From Octopus vulgaris (Eukaryota), in the NCBI GenBank assembly GCA_951406725.2, contig OX597833.1:44392001-44456000 (forward strand): 64,000 bases of DNA, read 5' to 3'. Below the pieces are notes generated by a model. That model was given only the letters and a program-made list of their open reading frames with translations. It made no database searches and had not been told where the DNA came from. The position numbers and the translations under genes are program-made. Shown here piece by piece: positions 53,718 to 64,000 of this stretch (position 1 is its first letter; each line of letters starts with the position of its first letter).

Positions 53718-54399
53718 CTAATAATATTATTAATATTACATAAGGGTATAAGTATATTTTGATGAAAAAATTATATACATACATGGTAATACGCATGCAT
53801 ACATATATTCACAATCACGCGTGTGTGTAAACGTACACAAAATATGCATGCCCCCATACATATACAAATATGAATGCAAGCCTATTTCTAAAAGAATATT
53901 TGCCCAGATGTTTGCACCATCCCCCATCAAGGAAACGTATCCATTTCACGTATGCAAATGCACAGAAGCCACATACATATAACCACATAAATATAGCGTA
54001 TTTGCAAAGACCCACACGTATAAAAACATGAAAACATCTTCGTACGTAAGAAGGCACAGACACATACAAAGACATACACACACACATGTATGAAAGGTTT
54101 GAATACATACAATAGCATAGAGACACCGTAAGCATATTTAAACGAGAATACCTCTATGTGGCATTTTAACTAACAAGAATTAGTAGCCACGTCACATACA
54201 TTTTACAAGAACTATTTTGAAAGAAATTTGGATACATTGGATATTATAGTTCCTGAAAAGAACGGATGTGAGATCACACCCGGAATACAGTCGACTCTTC
54301 GATAGCGGTTGAGCTGAGTTAAATAACCGTTGTTACAAGAAAAGGGTAAACACTAATCAGGGTAAGAAATAGAAAATAGATTTACCTTTTTTTACAAAC

Positions 54400-54713
54400 T
54401 TATATCTCATCGGTAATATGTACCTCAAATGAACCAAACTTTGTTTGACATGTGATATTTGTGACAGAATCGTCTTGGATTGGTGTAGTGATATTATAAT
54501 CAGATGATACCAGAGAATAACAGGTCGAAGTAACTGGTATGTTCTCTTTTTTGATGACATTATATGATTTACCGTGGTTTGTTACAATCCACACAAATTC
54601 TACATGCGATTCAAATGGTGCGCCAACATTTGCTACACAACTAAAGGTTCTCACTTGTCTGCCTTTCTCCTTAAATTTCTTGACATATTGAAGATGCTTT
54701 AAGCTAGATTTTG
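54400..54713 (-). CDS. Gene B exon 3: C2-like Ig domain with stop
   Basis: ttttcAG acceptor; FSCVANVGAPFESHVEFVW...TCYSLVSSDY...TNITCQTKFGSFEVHITDEI*; ~53% aa identity to gene A exon 3. Confidence 0.85.
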
Positions 54714-54876
54714 CTGAAAAGAAAACGATCTAATATAGCAAAATGTTAGAACAACATGCTTTGACTATTGGGTGGTTTCATTAATATAAACAACAATCTT
54801 CATACTTAACTAAAATGGTTAACACCAGACGAATTGTTCTTGATGCTGGACCCTGTGAACTACTGTTTCTAATTTG

Positions 54877-54944
<68 letters not shown>

Positions 54945-55029
54945 TACACATAAACAAACACTTCCAAAAGTTCTGTTTATTTCCTCTTCCTCGTGCTGCT
55001 CCTCTTAGGTTGGAATTATTGTGGGACAT

Positions 55030-55482
55030 CAAGTTTGTCGTTGAGCACTTTCACGGACGTCTCTTTGTTTTTTCGTATATCTATCTGGTTTAAACGTCTG
55101 TTGTGTCCTCATTTTTCGCCTCTTGTCAAATATATCATTTTACCTACTCGTTTTGTTACTACTCCGTTTTCCACAATATCTCTGCATTTTTATGTATTTT
55201 GAAAAATTTGGCACCGATATTTAAATACTTTCTCGTATTTTTAGTGTTTTCCCTATTTGTTTTTCTTACTGGTAACAGCTAGTAAAAAATTGGTTTTATT
55301 TTTCAAGCAAACATTAGTTCTGCAAGCGACTATCCTGAACAAGTGTTTGGGTTTGGTGTTATCCTACAAACATTCAACAGTTCTGTCATTGCTGCGTTAT
55401 CGATTAGCTCGTTTCTTGATTTCTCTAATGCTCTTTTAAAGGCATCCACGAACCGTTCCGCTTGCCCGTTTGATCTTGGGTG
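55030..55482 (-). mobile_element. Gypsy integrase remnant in gene B intron 2
   Basis: Matches 26090-26530; HPRSNGQAERFVDAFK. Confidence 0.85.
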
Positions 55483-55948
55483 AATGAAAAGTAAAAGGAG
55501 AGAATCTAATATTTAGCCGCTGTATGGTGACTATGAAGGACCTGCTTTAATCTTATTCCTAAATCTTATCCTTAAAACCTAATCTAACCGTGACTGGAAA
55601 ATTATAAATGTTTTAACCGAATTTAGTCATTTACATAATGAATTGTGTTTAACATACAGTTTTTTAATAGTGGATGATTGAAATTTTTTGTCCTTCTACA
55701 TAATTAATACTAACTTCTACGTCATTCTACAGAGAATAGAAAAACTAGGTATAGCACATCATACACAGAGTATTTTCATTGCAATATAAAATACAAAAGC
55801 AACGGATTTTGGCAGGTGCAAAATATTGCATGTGTCAAAATCTGATGGTCTGCGTTCCACAGTGCATTAGAAATACACAGAAGAAATAAATCTACTTAAA
55901 ATGAATATTTCTGGGGCTGAATAAGTGCAAAAGCCGGGTAACACCAAC

Positions 55949-56269
55949 CTTTAATGATCTTCGGTTGTGAAGCTGTTTTCAATGTTTTACATGAGTAAGC
56001 TGCTACATCATTGCAAGTAGGTTTATATTTCCAACACGTAATATAACCTATATTATCAACAGGTAAATCACAGTCGAAACCTTTGATAGTATTTAATTTC
56101 AGGTATTTCTCCTTTTTCCTAGAATATTGTATATGTACGAGTGTAGTTCCGTTTCGTTGGAGTTTGAATTCAAGAACATTCTTTAACGCATGCAAGCATG
56201 TTATTGATATATTAATTGTCTTTCCAACTTCAATACCTTCAGCTGGTGTTATTTCTACAACATATATAG
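55949..56269 (-). CDS. Gene B exon 2: V-like Ig domain
   Basis: AG acceptor/GT donor at the same positions as gene A, 321 nt, phase 1-1, open; ITC...GFDCDLP...TCWKYKPTCNDVAAYSC; ~60% aa identity to gene A exon 2 by hand alignment. Confidence 0.85.
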
Positions 56270-57094
56270 CTATAAGTAAAAACAAGTTAACAAGTAAATG
56301 AGAGAAATATACAATTGAAGTTATATAACAATGCTGCAGAAAGAGATAACAATATGGAGTCATGAAATTGAAAAAATGAATGAATTAATTAATTAATTAT
56401 TTATTTAATTAATTAATAATAGTAGGCTCTCGTAGGCCGAGAAAGAAGGTTTTGCAATTTCTTGCTGAACACCCTGCAAAATAATTTGTTTAAAAGTAAT
56501 CAGAAGTATGTGTCGTACATTAGCTAACTCCATTCATCAAATCGACGTGCTGTGAATAGGAGTTCGGTATATCACACGTTGGGTGTCGCAGTTATGGAAA
56601 AGTAATGTGAGTAGATATGATTTGCTCAAGAAAACAATGCACCACTCAATCCAGAATTGGATATCCTGATCTTGCGGTTATGACTACGATACCCTAAAAG
56701 CTAGGCCATGCAACCTTATGTTGAAGACGATAACCAAAGCATGAACGGCAGCCCAAGCCAAAGGATGTGATAGAAAACGGGAATGCAGAATAAAACGTTG
56801 CGTAGGCTTCCAACGAAATAGCAGAAGTCATATAAGTACAAGGTCTGAGGAAGATCAAATACAAGACAAATGAAATGAAGGAGTTGGCAGAAAGCGAAAT
56901 GAAATTAAGTAAATCAGTAGAATACGAACAAGAATAAAGCATACAGCAAATTATCAATGAAAAGAACAAATGAGAACAAAAATGAAATCAGCATATATAT
57001 ACAAGAAAATAAATCAAACGATAGCGATCCAGTATACCATCGAGAAAATAGTATGAAAGTGAAGCTGAATGAGGAAAATACAAGAATGCTAACA

Positions 57095-57766
57095 GATAAT
57101 CCATGAGAGGGTTCAGAATATTTTGCACAATAACGAACGTTTCTGCTCGATGGGTGCCACGTCTTCTAACACTTGATCAAAAGCGACCCAGGCCAATCAT
57201 ATGACGGGAAAATCTCACATCGTTTCAAGACGACCGAGCTGATTTCCTTGAATGTTTACTTACCTAGGATGAGTGTTGACTTTATCACTTTGAGCCAGAG
57301 ACTCTGAAGATGACAGCCTCAGATTTTTGAGATACAAATGACATAGTGTTTCTTGACCTATCTCCAAAATGGCCACATCAGAAACCTAAAGTTTATTTCA
57401 AAATGCTGAGATCAAACACACATGAATGTTTCAAAAATCCTTGCTTTTAATGTCGATTTTGTGTGACTGTGGCTTTGAACTGGTTGATCCCTCCCACTCA
57501 CAATTCTCCTGGTTTGACCCCAGCAGACTATGCATTGCATCTCTGGCATGGAGAATGACTAAGCTGGGTACTAGTATCAGAGTCTGGACGACCTCATATC
57601 TGCTGTTGGATGAAAGCTTCTTCACGAATGGAATACGAGCACTGCAACACCGATGGAGGCAGTGTATGGACTACAAGAGAGAATATGTTGAGAAATAAAC
57701 TTCATTTGGTTATTTTCAGTCAGGGTATCTTGATCAGCCTATAAATTTTCAGCCGACCATCTTATA
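57095..57766 (+). mobile_element. mariner, deleted duplicate of 36641-37924 (gene B intron 1)
   Basis: Same sequence and same right junction. Confidence 0.85.
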
Positions 57767-58007
57767 GGTACCTCTAATTTAGTGTAAATAAGTACGCGTT
57801 ATGAGACATTTGCTGACCATTAATGTCAGGAAAGTCAGTGTTCTACTTCTATATGCATGTATGTGTAGGTGCCTTTGTGTGTATTTGCGGGCGTATCTAA
57901 GCACTTGTCTGGGTGGCACAGAAATACAGAAAGCATGGCAAATAACGAAGTGAGAAAGATTGTGTGTTGGAGCCAAAAAGAAAATATTTTCTTTAATCTT
58001 AACTTAC

Positions 58008-58101
58008 ACTCCCTTTTCTTCATTAACAGTGAAATCATAGCTGTCAACAGCGTTGAAATGAAAATGCGGCCTCCTGTAACAGAAATATGATCAAAACACA
58101 T
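58008..58101 (-). CDS. Gene B exon 1: hydrophobic leader of two-Ig-domain protein
   Basis: MCFDHISVTGGRIFISTLLTAMISLLMKKRE + 1 nt, GTAAGT donor, phase 1; 30 nt (in-frame) shorter than gene A exon 1. Confidence 0.75.
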
Positions 58102-60992
58102 GTATGATTCAGGTAAAAATTATGGATAAACAGCAAAAGAGTAAGAAAACTTGATAGAAAGTTGGAAAATATCTAAGCGTGAATAATCGAGTAATGTTTC
58201 TTGGCTACTGATAGATACACGCTATTGACGATCCATATTGATTTAGTCATTCGTTTTGGTATGCACCATACATAAAATGATGCAAGGAAGACTCTTCAAT
58301 CACTCACACTTGTCAAATTCATGACAGTCAAAACAAAGAGAGATCGCTACATAACGCTGAAAATGACAAAGTAATCAATAAGGAAATTTAATAATATTAA
58401 CAACCGTTTCTTAATTGACATTTATTAGTGATTCCTGTAGTGTTTTTATTAATGCTATCACACCGACACATCTTAATGTTAGCAACGTGGCAGCTGTTGC
58501 AGCAAGCAAAACATATTCAATGAAAATGTCTCTGATGTTTTTTTTTTCTTATTCCTGATAATAATTTATTGATATTGCTGTGGTTTCACTAAGTTACTGA
58601 GAATTTTGGTGTCCTTCTGACATTTCTTTTTCTCTTTTTTCTTTTTCTTTTTTCTATTTATTTTTCGCTTACTGATACTAATGTAATTTTATTTTGGTTT
58701 TCTTCCACATCTTGATCGCAATTTGCCGCACTCTCATGTATCTATCGACGTTTGATGAGATACAAGAAGAAAAGACGAAATTTGTCTGATGCCTATAAGT
58801 GTACATCTGCCATTTGTGCTCATGTTACGATGTCGTTAGTTTTGGTAGGTTGGCACCCCTGTGGGACTTCAAAGTTTCGATAACAGGAGTGGCCAACCCC
58901 TTCTCTGCCTTTGTTGTGAATATGAAGCGAGTAATGTTCTTCATGCTGCTGTTGTGGCTACCTTTCTCCCTATAGTACCCGTGCGTGACTATCATTTTTG
59001 CTTTCACCTCATTGGAGCATAAACACTAAATCTATGCTGTCCTGAAATAGAATTTCAACCCAGTCTCGTGTTGCTTTCTCAAATGATGGTGCTAACTGAT
59101 GTGGTGGTCTTGTTGTTGCCTATTAAGTTTATATGGAAGTCATTGTTAATGTTTCCGGTTACACAACAGGAGCGACCGCAGACGTGGTGCTTCACCAATT
59201 TCTGTTGCAAGCGGAAGAGTATTTCTGGGTTTAATAAGTTCAGAAATATTTCATTGTATTTTGTTGATGTAATGTTTGCGTTGTTGCTGTTATTGTTCTT
59301 GATGTTATTGTTATAGAAACCATCAGGTTCCTCTAAGTCAGACTCAAATGCAAACGTAATGGATGATCACGTAAACATCTTTTCGTATACAAACATGCTC
59401 TTGTTGTGAGATCATGCACAAATAGAGCATCTGCTACACACAGTACAGACATTCATTTAGGCACTGCATATGAGATTTGGATTAGAAAACTGCACCGAAA
59501 TAACAATTAATGGCAGGAAATAGTTAAGAACACTAATGTTAAGAACTTTAAAGTCATTTGATAAAGGAACGAGGGACATAGAATGACACCAACTAGATTA
59601 TATTTACTATTAACACAGATATATGGAAATTATGCAACTATAACACTGTGGAATTATAAATATAAGTTGTAAAGAACAGAAGAAGGCTAAAATAAATTGC
59701 CGAAAGATATGAATACAAAGAAAATATTGTTTCGTATCTTCAATATAAGCAACAATAAGAAAATGCATAACAATCATGCAATAGAAAAATGTTAAAATGA
59801 TGTTCAATACCTGACATTTCTACAGAAAGTGGGAATAGATAGAAGAATGCGAGGACTGTCGAAGTTTTGAGTGAGGCACAGAATAAAAGCTTTCTTAAAT
59901 CGAAAATACTAAAATCATGTAATGAAACAGAATGAATTAAATACCTGTGGAATATTTGGATATTGGTGAGAGAAAAATTAAATATAGTCGCTAGTAAACA
60001 CAGATTTAACAAAGACTGAATACAAGAGACGCGACAAACTTGGAAATTACGCTTACTGGAAATTATATTAACTTCATATAATCCTTTCTATATTGGGCAC
60101 AAGGCCTGAACTTTTGGTGTGGGAGGGGCTAGTCGATTACATCTTAAATGGTACTTATTTCATCGACCTCGAAAGGATAATAGGTAAAGTCAACCAAGGT
60201 GGAATTTAAACTCAGAACGTAGAAGGACAAAACACTGTAAAGAGTCTTTTGACCAGCGTGCTAACGATTCTGCCAGCTTGCTGTCTTATTGATTTTATAT
60301 GATCCTTACTACTAAAAGTAGAAAATTTGTTGGGAGGGGACAAGTCGATTACATAAACTGCAGTATTTCATTGGTACTTGATGTATTAACACCAAAATGA
60401 TAAATGACAAATTTGACCTCGAGGGAATTTGAACTTTGAATGTAGTGACGTGCCAAATACCCCAAAGCAATTTCGTCCTGCGTGCTAACAATTTTATTAG
60501 CTCACCGCATTAATGCCTTTATATAATACAAAAATGAGGTGGTGTAAACTTACACCAGAAGAGCCTCCGCAAAAGAAAAAATCAACAGTCTGGGATGTGT
60601 CAGTTCACATAGCCCTGGAGATCAACGTTAATCGACACTGATACATTCAAAAGCTACCAGGAAAGAAATTGTTTTTTTTACAAAAGATACCAGCCTCAAC
60701 AATAGATAATTCATTTCTAAACGAAATGGAAAAGTGTCCTAAATATACAGATAGGAAATAAGGGACAACTAGAATGTAAGAGATGAAAATAGAAATAATC
60801 GCTATAATAAGATGTCTTAGGAGAGATTTAAAAAGAAATATCAAAAACCTAAGCCAAACTCCAAATTTATCAACATACAGAAAATACTCAGGGACGCTTA
60901 CTCGACAGTGCTGTAGAAATACACAATAAGAGTAAATCTGCCGAAAATTAATAGTAATGTAGCTGAATAACTGTAAGCCAGATAACACTAAC

Positions 60993-61296
60993 CTTTAACC
61001 ATCTTCCTTGTTCAAATTCGTTTATAATCTTCCCATGAGCAGGCTGGTACAGCTTCGCATGTGAGGTTTGCTTTCCAACACGTAATAGAGCTTACTTCAC
61101 CAGAAAATAAATCATTCTCGATACGTTGGATAATTATTAATGGTTTTCACGTATGTTGTCCTTCGTGACGTATTGTATATGCACAACTTTAACCTCGTTT
61201 TGTTGCAGTTTGAAGTCAAAAGAAATATATACCACATACCATCATGTTACAAGTCATCCGAACATCAATACCGTCAGCTGGTGTCATTTATGGAAT
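60993..61296 (-). pseudogene. Dead V-like Ig exon (duplicate of 44277-44567)
   Basis: MTPADGIDV...FDFKLQQNEVKVVHIQY...ITCWKANLTCEAVPACS...KMVK|GT; stops and frameshifts, one lesion shared with the 44.4 kb copy. Confidence 0.85.
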
Positions 61297-61513
61297 CTAA
61301 ATTAACAAACAAGAGAAACATATACATCAGAGAAATATATAATTACAGTTATAGAACAATGGTTAAGAAGGAGATATAGTACGGAGAACAATGGCATTGA
61401 AAAAGATGAATGAGTGAATGCCAATTGTAGTCTCTCGCACTCTGAGAAAGAAGGTCCTGCAGTCTCTTGCTGAAAGACCTGTATAAAGAATTTGTTTATA
61501 ATGATCAAACGTA

Positions 61514-63770
61514 TGTAATGTACTTTTATACCCTTAAAACGTTCGATATATAATTTAACGAAGTGGACATAATATCAATGTCTTCACAAGGCGAAATTTA
61601 TATTTCTCTGTTTACTGAGCGAAAGTTTCAGAAGCACCCTTTGACGTAATTAACGATATAACAATCCGATGAGTCTACACATATGTGTGTTAATATCTAT
61701 CACATCTCCCTTTTTGAGACTGACTTCTGCTGGAAGTGAAGATTTTTTTCTACACCACATCTTCCTTTTTGGAATTTTTGGTACTACCTCCAACCATTTC
61801 GTATGCTTTCTTTTTTCTGTACCGCTACGCCTTGATTCGACAATTTCTTGTGGAATCGACATATTAAAAATAGCGTCGAGGACTTCCATGGGTCCTTCTT
61901 TTCTCGTAACACTTTCCTCAGCAAACCCTCTTTTCAGCTGATTAATGTGTTTTATGCTTCCATGTCGAATCTTTCACCATGTTTGTCATTTTACCGACTC
62001 GTTTTATTATTTTGCGAAACTGACCTAGTTTCTCTTGCGAACATCAGTGTAGTAGGCGACTCGCCTGAAATAGATATTAGGGCTTCGTATTACACGGTTC
62101 AGCTTGTCCGTTCGTTCTTTGGTGATACTGAGGGTTAGTGACTTGTTCAACTGAGTAGCTCTTGCAAACATTCTTAATTTCATTCGCCATGAATTGTTTA
62201 GTTATCGGAGACTATGCTGTCGTGCACACCATACCTAACAAGAATTTCATGTTGAAGTTCGTCTGTTACCGTGGAGCTCGTTTTCTCAAATTTATATATT
62301 TCTGGCCATTTCGTATAGCAATCTACTAATATTAGATAATATGATTGGTTTAACGGTCTAGCGAAGTCTAGGTGTGGTCTGGTGCATAGTATATCGGTCT
62401 TGGGCCAAGGTTAAAAATTTTTAGGTGGTGCTTTCGCTGCAAGAGTACAACTTCTGAAGGATGTTACCATCTTCTCAATATCTAGATTCATTTTCGGCTA
62501 GTAAACATAACTGCTCTTATATCGTTCATAACGGTCTGTATACCTGGTAATAATTCGCAAGGCCCCAAAAATATCTGTAACATTGTAATGTTCGTCGAGA
62601 GTGGCATATTATTACACTCACCCTATACGGGTCTGATCTGCGTCCATTTTCATCAATAATCTACCCTAGATATTTTATTCTTGTCATAAAAAATTCACAC
62701 TTTTCCCAGCTGAGTTATTTTTTCGAAGACCTTTTTAAAACACTCAACATTCTGACACCGAGATTCACTTTTATATGAGTATGTCGTCAAGGTATGTCGT
62801 TCATAACTTATTGGAAAATGCCAGGTGCTACCTTTATTCCAAAATGAAGTCGCTTAAATTTATACAGCCCTTTATGAGTATTAATTGTCAATAATTTAGA
62901 ACATTCATCATCAACTTTTTCATGCAAGTATGCTTCAGATAGGTCCAACATTGAAGAAATTTTCCTCCATTCAACTTCGCGAAAATTTCCTCCGGACTTG
63001 ATAACGAGCAATTTTATGACATCATGTTATATTGTACCAGGGGAGAGTCATTTTCTTTCTGTACCTTATAATTCACCACACTCACCGGGAAAATTTCCAC
63101 TAATTTCTTATTTTAATTTTCCCAAAATTTTCGTTGTGTCTTGCAACCATTTCGATTGTCTTGACTCTCAACAAACATTTTTCGTTGCGTCTTGCAAAAT
63201 CATCACCTACTCGGATTTTACTTTTTTTCTTGATATATACTGTTGGGGTAGTCTATTTTGTGTAATCAATTATTTCAATAACGTCAATCTTTTCAAGTCT
63301 ATCCAATCCTTTTTTGTCTTGTTTCAACGCTGCGAAAGGCACAGTTTGTTTTGGTTTAAATACCGGTATAGCGTTTTCTTTCATTGGATGTTTTGCCTCT
63401 GTTTTGGAGCAAAGACACAATTCATAAAAAACTTTTTTTAAGTCCTCCGATGCTTTGTATGTACTGGCAGAAGACCCAATCCCATTTTACAAAAGATTTT
63501 ATAAAAAGATCCCATAAGTTAAATAATTCCATCTAATCAGTTCCAAATAAATTTGTCATATTTTTCAATGCAAAATATTTTGCTTTCAAGGTTTTCCCAC
63601 GAAATGTAACATCACTTATCATTTCGTCCCTAAAATGCAATTTTTCTTTCCTGGAAAACCACGCGCAATTTTCGAACTTTCCTTTAATCTAAGCTTCCCT
63701 ATTTTCTCCATGTATCTGTAATAATTATCGTGATATCACTGCCCGTACCGAATTGTAACTTGATATTTAA
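61514..63770 (-). mobile_element. Duplicate of the 44786 Gypsy copy
   Basis: Same LTR (61514-61704) and same junction; LDLSEAYL...FGIKVAPGIFQ. Confidence 0.9.
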
Positions 63771-64000
63771 GTAAAAGACGTATGAGTCAACATAACTGGA
63801 TGCAGACGAAGTTTCATGTGATATATCAGTGTAAGGTTTCCATCAGAATAAGGGATCTTATTCCAACCTGTTGGATGGCCATTAAATCTACCGCGTTAAT
63901 ACACATTTTCACAGGTCTTGTTTTTCGTCCTGTGGGGTGTCCAACGGAAATCACCCTCCTTACAAAACCAGCTGGGTAAGTCTCCCGGTATATTCACCGA

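Larger units (their letters stand above)
51190..63770. repeat. Segmental duplication unit 2 (contains gene B)
   Basis: Collinear with unit 1; 51200-52020 also matches 4290-4720 and 52540-52710 matches 5350-5525. Confidence 0.85.

Noticed and set aside
24063-61296. Dscam/protocadherin-style mutually exclusive exon array, or RSS-based rearrangement
   Set aside because: Each intact V exon has its own leader and C2 exon, the extra V exons are frameshifted, and I saw no heptamer/nonamer signals

Overview
AT-rich, microsatellite- and transposon-dense animal genomic DNA, most likely an octopus (coleoid cephalopod); this is inferred from the SINE families and repeat landscape, not from a database match. 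Almost every ORF in the supplied track is a repeat artefact. The real content is a minus-strand tandem array of a rapidly diversifying two-immunoglobulin-domain gene family. Two intact three-exon genes can be spliced by hand with GT-AG phase-1 introns: gene A (38342-38219, 33305-32988, 24376-24063; 251 aa) and gene B (58101-58008, 56269-55949, 54713-54400; 242 aa). Each has a hydrophobic leader, a V-like Ig domain and a C2-like Ig domain. Three dead copies of the V-like exon (~14.6, 44.4, 61.1 kb) and relic downstream exons lie in three segmentally duplicated units. The Ig exons of the two paralogues are far more diverged (53-60% aa, ~73% nt) than adjacent non-coding DNA (~95%). The rest is Gypsy, Tc1/mariner/pogo, Helitron, R4/Dong-like LINE, Penelope (with a hammerhead ribozyme and fold-back palindromes) and tRNA-SINE debris.
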